DNA from: a bacterium
GTDB lineage: Bacteria > Patescibacteriota > Minisyncoccia > Phycocordibacterales > JAKAEA01
Assembly: GCA_021818465.1 (NCBI GenBank)
Contig: JAKAEA010000001.1
Span: 454,045 to 518,044, forward strand
Length of the DNA stretch: 64,000 nucleotides
Direction of reading: 5' to 3'
Shown here: piece after piece, positions 18,758-28,358 of the stretch
Layout of the letters: each line of letters opens with the position of its first letter
Numbering within the stretch: position 1 is the first letter of the stretch
Notes under the pieces: model-generated
What the model was told of the DNA's origin: nothing
Databases searched by the model: none
Seen by the model: only the letters and a program-made list of their open reading frames with translations
Translations under genes and position numbers: made by a program

Positions 18758-19576
18758 TTACATATGTTCTAAGTTCGTAGCAACTAAAAGATTTTTGAGT
18801 ACCTGTATAGTTTCTTCGGGCCCTTGTACTGCTACACATAAAGCACCAACAGTGAGTGCGGGCGCATCATTGCCGTCAGGAAAAAGTTCATCACCAACAT
18901 ATACCATTCGTTGCGGTGTTATAGAAAATGTTGTTAAAAGTTTTCGAAGACCATACGCTTTATCAATACCAGCACGAGTAATATCAATAGATGTTGCGCC
19001 GCCAATATGAATAGAGAATCCTGGCAATAAAGGCTTGAGGGCGGCTACCATAGCAGATCGTTTACGATGCTCAGGATCCCACGTTTTTTTTATATCCAAA
19101 GGCGCTTCCATACCATAGGCTGAAAAAGTAATTTGTGTGGAGCGATCTTCAATAATCGGGCCATAGGTCGTCGGTGGTTGCACAAAACCAACAGTAGTAA
19201 ACGCGTGTGCAAAAGCTTCTCTGATCTTTTGTTTTTCTTCGTCAGTAAACGGCTGATCCTGTGTACATTGCCATTTATTAGTATGAGCATCATAGCGACA
19301 CAGCTCACCACCATCAGTCGGCAAAATAGAGAGATTGGCTAACAAAGAAATGGGGCAGGGGAGATTATGTAAAAATTGACTCTGAAACTGCGCAAACGAT
19401 GCGCCAGAAATAACTGCAACTTTCCAATGTTGTAAAATTTTAATCAGTACTGCTGCCATTTCTGGTTGAAGAGGTGATTTACTTGGTGCTAAAGTCCCAT
19501 CCAGATCAAAAGCAATAATATCAATATTTTTAGGTACTATTTGGGCTATATTTTTAAGCGAAATTAGAGCACACAT
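18758..19576 (-). CDS. Eukaryotic-type phosphomannomutase-like HAD-IIB hydrolase
   Basis: FDLDGTL motif, and the C-terminal GGATSIDI..GIDKAYGL....VYVGDELFPDGNDAPAL pattern parallels PMM (GG.ISFDV..GWDK.Y.L....FFGNETSPGGNDFEI). Confidence 0.6.
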   Translation of the reverse strand: MCALISLKNIAQIVPKNIDIIAFDLDGTLAPSKSPLQPEMAAVLIKILQHWKVAVISGASFAQFQSQFLHNLPCPISLLANLSILPTDGGELCRYDAHTNKWQCTQDQPFTDEEKQKIREAFAHAFTTVGFVQPPTTYGPIIEDRSTQITFSAYGMEAPLDIKKTWDPEHRKRSAMVAALKPLLPGFSIHIGGATSIDITRAGIDKAYGLRKLLTTFSITPQRMVYVGDELFPDGNDAPALTVGALCVAVQGPEETIQVLKNLLVATNLEHM

Positions 19577-19682
19577 ATCAACACCTCTACTATACCAAAA
19601 ACACCAAGAAAATCGTATACTTATATTGTTACAAACCGCCCACAAGACCGTAGTATTTGTAGGGCGATTTGGTTTAAAAACC

Positions 19683-20234
19683 ATGCGCCAATTAGATAAT
19701 GAAAAAGAAATTATAGCCCACTGTCAAAATGGCGAAACCGCTTTTTTTGGAGCGTTATATGATCGCTACGTAAGAACCATATATAGTTTTATTTACTATA
19801 AAACATTCCACAAAGAAACAGCGGAAGATCTTACCAGCGAAACTTTTTTCAAGGCCCTAAACCACATCAAAGCCGTTGATCCTAATCGATCATTCCAGTC
19901 ATGGCTTTACAAAATTGCACAAAATTGTGTAATTGATCATTTTCGTCGCGAACGAAAAACAGAAAATGTTGATGATGTGTGGGATATTGCCGACAACACC
20001 AATCTTGAAATTGACGCTAATGTTTCTTTACAAATTAGTGCCTTACGTAAAGAACTTGGCCAACTCTCACATCTACAACGCGATATTATCATTATGCGCG
20101 TATGGCAAGAGTTGTCATATCGAGAAATAGCTGAGATAGTGGGGAAGAGTGAAGCGAGTTGCAAAATGAATTATTCACGAGCAGTTAAACACTTAAAAAA
20201 AGTCGTCCCTATCACCATAGGTATTACTGATTAA
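19683..20234 (+). CDS. ECF-type RNA polymerase sigma factor
   Basis: Sigma-70 region 2 and region 4 HTH (SYREIAEIVGKSEASCK). About 184 aa. Confidence 0.8.
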   Translation: MRQLDNEKEIIAHCQNGETAFFGALYDRYVRTIYSFIYYKTFHKETAEDLTSETFFKALNHIKAVDPNRSFQSWLYKIAQNCVIDHFRRERKTENVDDVWDIADNTNLEIDANVSLQISALRKELGQLSHLQRDIIIMRVWQELSYREIAEIVGKSEASCKMNYSRAVKHLKKVVPITIGITD

Positions 20235-20238
20235 ACCA

Positions 20239-21573
20239 ATGAACTCAATAGAAGAAATTTTAGCCGAACTATACGCTATTGATTCTAGCTTCAAACGCCA
20301 TGAGGTAGATTTGCGATTACTTATTAAGCGCTTACGCCTTACTAAGCCAGATTTTTCTATTGATGACGCATTCGTGCGGCGCTTGCGTTCCGATATTCTC
20401 CATGGTGGCAAACCTAAACCAATTGGCTTTTTAGTTCGCTCTTATTTTATTCAAACAGGTAAAAATCTTTTTCGCTCAAGTGCTTTTGGCACCGCTGTCG
20501 CTCTCGTATTACTTGTACCTTTAGCTTATGCCGCCCAAATTTATCATAAAAATCAGTCCGGATCGTATCAAGTAGATAACGCTTTTGTATCTCTTGGTCA
20601 ACAGCAAGAAATTTCTTATAAACCACAAAACGCTTTTGGCCCTGTCGCGCTGACTACTGTTTCCGCAACAACCGCGGCGACAAACACACCACCTTTGCCA
20701 AGTTCTTCTATTTTTGCCACCATTGCAAGTTCGAGCGCCAGCACAACTGAAATGGCTTCAGTAACAGCCACAGGAACCCCTCCTGCATATATTTTTACTG
20801 GTATAGCACCCTCATTACAAACAACCACGGCAAATGTTATAGAGACTGACACTAGCAGCGATGCTCGTTCTGAACTCCTAGATAACATTCAAAACCTCGG
20901 TTTTGAATTAACAAACATAACGTCTATTGCTAATGCTAATAACAGTGTGGGGGGAATTGAGGTTCAAGAATCTCAACCATTTGGATATATTGTTTCTATG
21001 AATTTAAACAAAATGAGTATTGCAATATCTAAAAATTCAGCAGTGTGGCCAGACGAAACATACCTACCTCTCTCTTCCGACACAAGCGCCACCGACACGA
21101 TCACGGTAGCTTTAAACTTTTTACGATCTCACAATATTGACACATCGAACTACGGACCAGCCACTCTTCTTTCAGAAAATAGTGCTAGCTCTACAGCAAC
21201 TGTTCTCTTGCCACTTATTATTCATAAACAAAATGTGTACAATCCTGATGGAAGTTTGTATGGTATGCTCGTTTCCGTTGACCAAAAATTAGAAAAAGTA
21301 ACGGGAGTAACCGGTATCTCACTTCAAAAATATACGGCGTCACCATATCCAGTTGAAAATAATTTTACAAACATTTTGAACGAACTCAACGCCACTTCAA
21401 CACTCGCAACCAGTACCGCAACTGACACACCACAACTTGAAACACCACTCGCTGGTCTTATTCGCTATACCACCAACAATTACGAATTCTTTGTACCTGG
21501 TCTTATATTCCCCGTTGCTTCCTCTACAAATTCTATTACCATATCACTCTTGAAAGACTCTGCTGGAAAATAA
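20239..21573 (+). CDS. Putative anti-sigma factor / single-pass membrane protein with an S/T-rich extracytoplasmic domain
   Basis: Immediately downstream of the ECF sigma gene (4-nt gap). It has an ~80-aa cytoplasmic N-terminus, one TM segment, and a large exported domain. Confidence 0.45.
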   Translation: MNSIEEILAELYAIDSSFKRHEVDLRLLIKRLRLTKPDFSIDDAFVRRLRSDILHGGKPKPIGFLVRSYFIQTGKNLFRSSAFGTAVALVLLVPLAYAAQIYHKNQSGSYQVDNAFVSLGQQQEISYKPQNAFGPVALTTVSATTAATNTPPLPSSSIFATIASSSASTTEMASVTATGTPPAYIFTGIAPSLQTTTANVIETDTSSDARSELLDNIQNLGFELTNITSIANANNSVGGIEVQESQPFGYIVSMNLNKMSIAISKNSAVWPDETYLPLSSDTSATDTITVALNFLRSHNIDTSNYGPATLLSENSASSTATVLLPLIIHKQNVYNPDGSLYGMLVSVDQKLEKVTGVTGISLQKYTASPYPVENNFTNILNELNATSTLATSTATDTPQLETPLAGLIRYTTNNYEFFVPGLIFPVASSTNSITISLLKDSAGK

Positions 21574-21600
21574 CATAACACTACGGTATACTACAAAAAA

Positions 21601-23058
21601 ATGAAAAAGAACTTAATTGCTATTGCGGCGTGCATCTTTGTGGCTGCAGCTATGGTGGTGTATGCCTTTTATTTTATTCCTCAACCAAACATACAAGCTT
21701 TTCACACCGTTGCAGTACAAAAAATGAACTTACAACATGTTGTGACTGCATACGGTACAGTAACTGCTGCTACGGAAGATAGTTTAGCTTTTCAGAAAAA
21801 CGGTACACTCAGTTCGGTCAATGTCGCCGTTGGTGATCACGTCACCGCAGGAGAAGTGCTTGCGACACTCGATACCGCTTCCGATGCCGCAGCAGTTGCC
21901 GCTGCCCAAGCTACGTTAGCTGAACTCTCGCGCAATCTTACCCCCCAACAACAAGCAGTTGCTAGCTCAACTCTAGAAACCGCACAAAAAAGCGCTATTT
22001 CTGCCGTCGCTGGAGCATATACCACCATCCAAAACGCTATTACAAACGATTCCAACAGTCTCTTTACTAGTCCACAATCAGCGAATCCGACATTCATCGT
22101 ACAAACACAAACATTTAATCAACAACAACAAATTGAAGCAGAACAAGTGAAAACAATTCTCGATCTTCAGGCGTGGAGTGCAGAAATAGCTGCTGGTACC
22201 ACATCAGCCGAAAAACTTTTGAGCGATGCAAAACATTACACGAGTACTATTGCTGCGTTTATTAATACTATTTCTACAGCTATTACTGCATTCGCTCAAA
22301 TAAGTTCTCCGGCACAAACTAACGTAGCTACATATCTCGCCACCATTAATACCGCCAATACTGCCATAGTAAACGCACAAAATGAAATTACTAGCGCTCA
22401 AACAGCGTTGGCTGTTGCTCAATCAAATTACAATCTGCAACAAGCTGGCAATACAGCACAAACCATTGCCGCTCAAGCAGCAAAAGTGCAGCAGGCCCAA
22501 GCGACTCTCGCTGAAGATTCACTTATTGCACCTGTCGATGGCACAGTAACAGAATCGAGTGGCAATATTGGCGAAACCGTAAACGCAAACACGCCATTCA
22601 TCCACATTATTTCTGACACACCGTACCAAGTTGATACATATTTACCAGAGGATTCTATCGGTCTTATTGCCCTCAACCAAGACGCAACAGTGACATTAGA
22701 TGCGTACGGTCCCTCCGTTATGTTTCCTGCAAAAGTAGTAACTATTGATCCTGGTCAAACGCTGATACATGGCGTAGGAATGTATAAAGTTACACTTCAA
22801 TTTCTCCATAATGATTCGCGTATTAAAGATGGCATGACAGCTAACGCTACCATTGTTGTCGGCGAAAACGATGGTGTACTCGCAGTACCCCAAAGCGCCG
22901 TGCTAGCTAATGCTGGATCGCCACTGGTACTTGTGGCCACATCGTCCGTTCTCAAAACCAAAAACGTCACCGTAGGCATTACCGGCGCCAATGGTTGGGT
23001 TGAAATTGATCAAGGCCTTTCAGAAGGCGAGCGAGTAGTAACATTCGGTAATCAATAA
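21601..23058 (+). CDS. HlyD-family periplasmic adaptor (membrane fusion protein) with a long coiled coil
   Basis: N-terminal TM segment, biotinyl/lipoyl-like hairpin, an extended Q/A/T-rich helical hairpin, and a beta-barrel. Confidence 0.7.
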   Translation: MKKNLIAIAACIFVAAAMVVYAFYFIPQPNIQAFHTVAVQKMNLQHVVTAYGTVTAATEDSLAFQKNGTLSSVNVAVGDHVTAGEVLATLDTASDAAAVAAAQATLAELSRNLTPQQQAVASSTLETAQKSAISAVAGAYTTIQNAITNDSNSLFTSPQSANPTFIVQTQTFNQQQQIEAEQVKTILDLQAWSAEIAAGTTSAEKLLSDAKHYTSTIAAFINTISTAITAFAQISSPAQTNVATYLATINTANTAIVNAQNEITSAQTALAVAQSNYNLQQAGNTAQTIAAQAAKVQQAQATLAEDSLIAPVDGTVTESSGNIGETVNANTPFIHIISDTPYQVDTYLPEDSIGLIALNQDATVTLDAYGPSVMFPAKVVTIDPGQTLIHGVGMYKVTLQFLHNDSRIKDGMTANATIVVGENDGVLAVPQSAVLANAGSPLVLVATSSVLKTKNVTVGITGANGWVEIDQGLSEGERVVTFGNQ

Positions 23059-23063
23059 AACAT

Positions 23064-23750
23064 ATGAGCGAAACAACATCAACACACCAAGATCAGGAGC
23101 GCGAAACCGCCCACCACAAACAACCAGTTTTACTCGTTCGTATTCTTAAGAGCTCATGGTTTTATACCGTGCTTTTATGTTTGGCAATTCTCGGCACAGC
23201 TGGCGGATTTCTATATATGCGTATTACCAACTCTCGCGTATATACTGATACAGCAACAATCTCTGCACCGGAAATCGCTCTCGCACCCGATGTTTCAGGT
23301 ACTTTAGAAGCAGTATATGTGCAAGATGGTGATTTTGTTAAAGCTAATACTCCGGTCGCTCGCGTTGGCAACGAAATTATTAAAACGACTGTTGATTCTT
23401 TGGTCATTTCAGAAAATAACGATATTGGCGCGCTCTTTAACCCTGGTCAGTCAGTCGTCACTGTTATCGATCCTTCACAGTTACGCGTACACGCCCAAGT
23501 TGAGGAAGATAAGGGTTTGGATAGAATTAAAGTGGGCGACCGAGTTATTTTTACCGTTGACGCATTCGGTTCAAAAGAATTTGTTGGTGTTGTTTCAAGT
23601 ATTAGTCCAACCGCCACAGCTAGTGACGTTGTATTTAATATTTCTAACTCCCGCCAAGAACAAAATTTTGACGTCAAAATCCGTTTTGACACGAGCGCGT
23701 ATCCGGAATTAAAAAACGGTATGTCAGCACGTGCCTGGATTTATCAATAA
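23064..23750 (+). CDS. Short HlyD-like membrane fusion protein (no helical hairpin)
   Basis: TM segment plus lipoyl-like and beta-barrel domains. Second adaptor of the same module. Confidence 0.6.
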   Translation: MSETTSTHQDQERETAHHKQPVLLVRILKSSWFYTVLLCLAILGTAGGFLYMRITNSRVYTDTATISAPEIALAPDVSGTLEAVYVQDGDFVKANTPVARVGNEIIKTTVDSLVISENNDIGALFNPGQSVVTVIDPSQLRVHAQVEEDKGLDRIKVGDRVIFTVDAFGSKEFVGVVSSISPTATASDVVFNISNSRQEQNFDVKIRFDTSAYPELKNGMSARAWIYQ

Positions 23751-23768
23751 AACAAATGGGCGTCGCGA

Positions 23769-25349
23769 ATGGCTACAGCCACAACAACACTACGAGATAG
23801 GGCAGGGGGCATCACGGCAGCCGGCGGTACTCTGAAGTGGATTATTCTTCTCACGGTTATCATTGGCACATTTCTTGGTCGTCTTGATCAGACCATTGTT
23901 AATCTGGCCCTACCTAAAATCATTAGCGACTTTCATATTACCGTCAGCGCTTCAAGCTGGATTGCTACGGCATATATCATCGCCAACGCTATTTTCGTGC
24001 CAATTTGGGGCAAATTAGGCGATACAACAGGTCGAAAACGCGTGTACCTTTGGGGATTTGGTATTTTTATCGCTGGCTCCATACTTGCCGCTCTTTCTTG
24101 GAACCTTAGTTCTTTAATCGTATTTCGTATCATTCAAGCCGTTGCGAGTTCGGCGGATTATCCAACGGCAATGGCTATTCTTGTTTTTACATTTCCTGAA
24201 AATAGAGAGCGGGCACAAGCCTTGGGTATTTGGTCGGCATCATTTGCTGCCGCTTCAGTTTTTGGGCCGCTTATTGGTGGCCCGCTCATTGACGCATTCG
24301 GTTGGCGTTCGGTTTTTTGGGTAAACGTGCCAGTCGGTATTGTTGGTGTGGTAATGGCTTGGAGTTTTATTCACGAATCACATTCGATACGCCGACGTGT
24401 TGTTAAATTTGATTGGTGGGGAGCAACTATTCTCGGCATAGCTGTAGCCACACTTTCACTTGTCCTTGATCAAGGACAAAGTTGGGGATGGCTTTCGGCC
24501 GCAAGTAACGCGTGCTACGCAGTCACCCTACTAGCGCTTCTTATTTTTATTGCTATTGAATATGATCATCCTGAACCACTCGTTGATTTGAAATTTTTCA
24601 AAAATAATCTTTTTGTGAGTGTGCTACTTAATAACATTATTATTTTTATGGCTCTTATGGGTGGTATTTTCCTTGTTCCTATTTTTGCCCAAACATTTCT
24701 TGGTTACAGTGCCACCCAGGCTGGATATTTGTTTATCCCGATGGCATTCATGTTTGTTATTTCCGCACCACTGGGCGGCTCCCTTGTTGGTAGAGTAGAA
24801 ATGCGATGGGTGATTATGGTAAGCACATTTGTTGGTAGTATTGGAATATTTCTCCTCGCCGGCATTGATCCACGCTCAACAGCGTGGGATATTATTTGGC
24901 CACTTATGATAATGGCATTCGGAATGGGATTTGGTATGGCCCAACGAACCAACGCTATTGCAGTAGCCGTACCACCCGAAGAAATTGGTATGGCTTCTTC
25001 TATTTTAATGCTCGGTCGCAATATTGCTGGCGCTTTTGGTATCTCTGTATTTGCCACACTTCTTAATAATTTTATCAACAGCAATGTGTTAACGTTTGCA
25101 AAATTTAGCCATCTGAATCTTAACAATATTGGCAATCAACTTTCCAACGTCTTGCCAACAACTACTATTGCCACACCCGCCAACGCTCACGCTACTTTTA
25201 TTCAACTCATTATTCTTAAAGCTGAAGTATCTGGCTATGGTGATGTGTTCTTTTGGGCAGCAATTGTTATGTGTACTGGTGCCGTGCTCGCATATTGGAT
25301 TAAAGGTGGCAAACTCGACAAAAATAAAAAAGTTCATGTAGAAGGGTAG
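23769..25349 (+). CDS. MFS transporter, DHA2 (EmrB/QacA) family, 14 TMS
   Basis: DHA2 signature (LDQTIVNLALP..., GKLGDTTGRKR), about 14 hydrophobic segments, 526 aa. Confidence 0.85.
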   Translation: MATATTTLRDRAGGITAAGGTLKWIILLTVIIGTFLGRLDQTIVNLALPKIISDFHITVSASSWIATAYIIANAIFVPIWGKLGDTTGRKRVYLWGFGIFIAGSILAALSWNLSSLIVFRIIQAVASSADYPTAMAILVFTFPENRERAQALGIWSASFAAASVFGPLIGGPLIDAFGWRSVFWVNVPVGIVGVVMAWSFIHESHSIRRRVVKFDWWGATILGIAVATLSLVLDQGQSWGWLSAASNACYAVTLLALLIFIAIEYDHPEPLVDLKFFKNNLFVSVLLNNIIIFMALMGGIFLVPIFAQTFLGYSATQAGYLFIPMAFMFVISAPLGGSLVGRVEMRWVIMVSTFVGSIGIFLLAGIDPRSTAWDIIWPLMIMAFGMGFGMAQRTNAIAVAVPPEEIGMASSILMLGRNIAGAFGISVFATLLNNFINSNVLTFAKFSHLNLNNIGNQLSNVLPTTTIATPANAHATFIQLIILKAEVSGYGDVFFWAAIVMCTGAVLAYWIKGGKLDKNKKVHVEG

Positions 25350-25443
25350 GTGCCTCTTGCTTTTTACATACACACGAGTACTATACCTAATCAGATTCGT
25401 GGTAGCATAATTTTTTCTTGATACGAAAGAAAGGAGTTCTTGT

Positions 25444-25752
25444 ATGTTAAAGTTACAGCGCCATCCGGAACACCGTGGAATTCTTGCTCAGGTTGCAAAC
25501 ATAACCGACCAACCAGAATATGAAGTTCTTGTACATGCCATTTTGTCTGTTGACACAGAAACAACAAACAGAACAGATGCCGAAAAAAAAGCTCTCTTGC
25601 TTTTAGCGCACGTTAAAAGAACAGGTCGATTACCTGACAGCATCGTCGATCATTTTCTCCTACCAATACTGATAGGAGAAATAAAAATTCTTGATACCTA
25701 TGGCAAAGCTATTGATATCAAAAAGAAATTAGCGATGTTAAATCATGCCTGA
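25444..25752 (+). CDS. Hypothetical protein (102 aa)
   Basis: RBS AAAGGAG 7 nt upstream. No recognisable domain. Confidence 0.45.
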   Translation: MLKLQRHPEHRGILAQVANITDQPEYEVLVHAILSVDTETTNRTDAEKKALLLLAHVKRTGRLPDSIVDHFLLPILIGEIKILDTYGKAIDIKKKLAMLNHA

Positions 25753-25772
25753 CACATTTCATGGAGGTATGT

Positions 25773-26084
25773 ATGGCAAATTCAGAAGAAGCAGCCAGAG
25801 AATGGCACGTAACAGAATTTGTAAAAGATGTTGTTCGGCTTATAAAAGGAAATGAGAAAAAGGACGGAACAGCAAGTATTTATCACACTACTGTTCCAGG
25901 CGGTCTACTAACCATCGAGAGGGCATTACAACAAGGTCTTTTAATTATCAAAAGGGATCACGGAACATTTAATGACTATCAGATAACTTTTAAAGGCCTT
26001 ATGCTTTATTGGGAGGAAAGTGGTGAAGTTTTTTTGGTAAGTTGCCCAGTTGCTGACACCATAGCTGATACGCCGCCTTCGTAA
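25773..26084 (+). CDS. Hypothetical protein (103 aa)
   Basis: RBS GGAGG 6 nt before ATG 25773. No recognisable domain. An intrinsic terminator overlaps its 3' end (see 26072..26105). Confidence 0.45.
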   Translation: MANSEEAAREWHVTEFVKDVVRLIKGNEKKDGTASIYHTTVPGGLLTIERALQQGLLIIKRDHGTFNDYQITFKGLMLYWEESGEVFLVSCPVADTIADTPPS

Positions 26085-26105
26085 AACCGTTGGCGGCTTT
26101 TTTTA
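26072..26105 (+). terminator. Intrinsic terminator (GCCGCC...GGCGGC then TTTTTTTAT)
   Basis: GC stem followed by a T8 run at the end of the two-gene unit. Confidence 0.5.
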
Positions 26106-26271
26106 TCTTTTTTTTATCAGACCCATCATTCTCAAAGGGAAAGTTGTCGGCTATACCAACGTCTTTTTTGTGGAAAATTCATTAGCAGCACGACCTGTTT
26201 TTAGATATACTACAGGAAGAAAAAGACTGGTTTCTATATTTTTTTTAAAACCAGACCGTCATAGTTCAGAT

Positions 26272-26300
26272 ATGAGCAGCACTTGCGGGGCTGCTCTTTT
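26272..26300 (+). terminator. Orphan intrinsic terminator GAGCAGC-ACTTGCGGG-GCTGCTC-TTTTT
   Basis: A 7-bp perfect stem plus U-tract, about 190 nt after the previous terminator, with no credible ORF between them. Confidence 0.45.
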
Positions 26301-26427
26301 TAGTTTTATCAATTCTGCCGAAATCTGCCCAAAAACTATCCTTACCTGTAGGGAAGCACCTGACGCAAAAGTATAGATGCGTCGCACAATATATCTTTTA
26401 CGACATTGTCTTATTTTAAAAGGCCTT

Positions 26428-28353
26428 TTAAGAAAGAACTTTTAAAATCTTTTTTATGGAGCCTGTTGCCACACCACACACCGTATCAGCACCACCGTAG
26501 TAAACATATAAAGTATCGTCGCGAATCACTGCCCCGCATGGAAATACAACATTTGCGACTTGGCCTTCTTTCTCATACTTCATATGTGGTTCTAAAACCC
26601 AATCAGTAGTGCGCGCCACCACTTTTGTAGGATTCGTTGCGTCAAGAAGTGCTAAGCCAAGACGGTATTCAGAAGAATCCTCGGCAATACCATGGTACAC
26701 GAACAAATACGCTGACGTACCATCTTCCCTTTTGACGAGCATCGGTGGGGTATTGAGACCAATTTTTTTAGCATCCCACATACCGTGACGCGGTTCTAAC
26801 ATGACCGCATAGTCAGTGACCGGTTTTGGTTGCTCTATAGTAATTGAACTAACACATATAGCGTTATTGATGCGATGGAAAAAAAGTGTGCCATGATGAG
26901 CAGTGTGCATAATACACGCATCTTTATCGTCCACACCCACCGGCGAAATAAGCACTGGTTTTTCCCACGACCACTTCCCTTTTGTATTTTCCAAAAAATC
27001 AGAAACGGGAGCAGATGTCAACGCCACCGCCGGCGCTTGTGTGCCGTTAAACGCGGTGTAGCACATATACACCCTATCACCAATTCGCGTCACCCGCGGA
27101 TCTTCACAACCAGAATTTCCATTAGGAATATTTTTTAATTCAAAAGGTTCACGCGGTTCATATAGTGGCATAGTATCACGCGTTATGATACGCACACCGT
27201 CACGTGTCGTCGCATGACCAATACGTGATGTATTATCAGCAGACATGGCGCGATACAATATATGTGTTGTGCCATCTATTTCAAAAGCTGCTGGATTAAA
27301 TACTGCTTTTTTTTCCCACGCATTGTTGGTAGGTGTCAGAATAGGATTTTTAGAAAAACGAGTCAGCACCGATTCCCCCATCATTGTTGCAAGTAAATCT
27401 GCAAGACGCACTTCAGCAGCAGCACATACCGTGTCAGCAGCACCATAATAAATACGAACCATATCGCCCACCAGAAGCGCGCTCGACGGAAATACCACAT
27501 CGGGCACTGTTCCATACCGCTCGTACACCTCCTCTGGTACCAAGAGTGGCCCACGTGTTCGACCAATAATTTTTCGTGGATTTTTGAGATCAAGAAGAAT
27601 AGCTTCTACGCCAAAAATTTTTTGATGTTGACTGTAATAGTGGCGAATGTGCGAATAAAAGATGAGCCAACCGGCTGGAGTTTTCAGAGGCGTTGAACCA
27701 ATCTCAATACGTTCATCCTCAGCACGTTTAAGATTAAACGACCACTCGTCAATGTGCGTCAACCATTCACGCCAATATGTTTCTGACCACATTTGTTCTG
27801 GTGAATCAAATTGTATAAGAGCGGTTTTTGAGGGCGGTGTATCGGTATGCACGGTAAGAACGGCTGTTAATTTTCCACCGATTTTTTCAGGAAAAAGCGT
27901 CATTGCTTTAGCGTTAAACGGTGTTACGAGATGTCGTTCTTGAATTGTTTTTAAATCCTTACTCAACGCGACAGCTACACGAATACCATCAGCAGAAAAA
28001 GGAAAATGCGACAAAGCTGTATAAAAAATATAATGCGTACCGTTGAGGTACGTTACCCGCGGATCTTCACAACCATACCGTTCCCACATTTCTTGCGGCG
28101 TTATAAACGGCGTTATATCAGAAAAATGTAAGCCATCAGGACTCGCGGCTCGGCCAATTGTTGAGAGAAAAAATTGGCCACGAGCACCTGAAGTTTCAGC
28201 AAGCGGTCGTGGCTCAGCAACCGCCCGAAACACCATATCAACACGCTTCCCTATCGCAACGAGCGAAGGATTAAACGTAGCATACGATCGCCACACATCA
28301 TCTGTAGTGGGACGTACAAGTGGATTTTTCTCATAACGACGAACAACAAACAT
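26428..28353 (-). CDS. Fused tandem GH130-family protein (two complete mannoside-phosphorylase-like domains)
   Basis: Both halves carry GH130 hallmarks (FNPS/FNPAA, GCEDPRVT, YYGAADT). Confidence 0.75.
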   Translation of the reverse strand: MFVVRRYEKNPLVRPTTDDVWRSYATFNPSLVAIGKRVDMVFRAVAEPRPLAETSGARGQFFLSTIGRAASPDGLHFSDITPFITPQEMWERYGCEDPRVTYLNGTHYIFYTALSHFPFSADGIRVAVALSKDLKTIQERHLVTPFNAKAMTLFPEKIGGKLTAVLTVHTDTPPSKTALIQFDSPEQMWSETYWREWLTHIDEWSFNLKRAEDERIEIGSTPLKTPAGWLIFYSHIRHYYSQHQKIFGVEAILLDLKNPRKIIGRTRGPLLVPEEVYERYGTVPDVVFPSSALLVGDMVRIYYGAADTVCAAAEVRLADLLATMMGESVLTRFSKNPILTPTNNAWEKKAVFNPAAFEIDGTTHILYRAMSADNTSRIGHATTRDGVRIITRDTMPLYEPREPFELKNIPNGNSGCEDPRVTRIGDRVYMCYTAFNGTQAPAVALTSAPVSDFLENTKGKWSWEKPVLISPVGVDDKDACIMHTAHHGTLFFHRINNAICVSSITIEQPKPVTDYAVMLEPRHGMWDAKKIGLNTPPMLVKREDGTSAYLFVYHGIAEDSSEYRLGLALLDATNPTKVVARTTDWVLEPHMKYEKEGQVANVVFPCGAVIRDDTLYVYYGGADTVCGVATGSIKKILKVLS

Positions 28354-28358
28354 ATATA

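Noticed and set aside
26170-26376. 68-aa ORF in the spacer after the two small genes
   Set aside because: It reads straight through a strong intrinsic terminator hairpin and has no RBS. The segment is more likely non-coding RNA or UTR.
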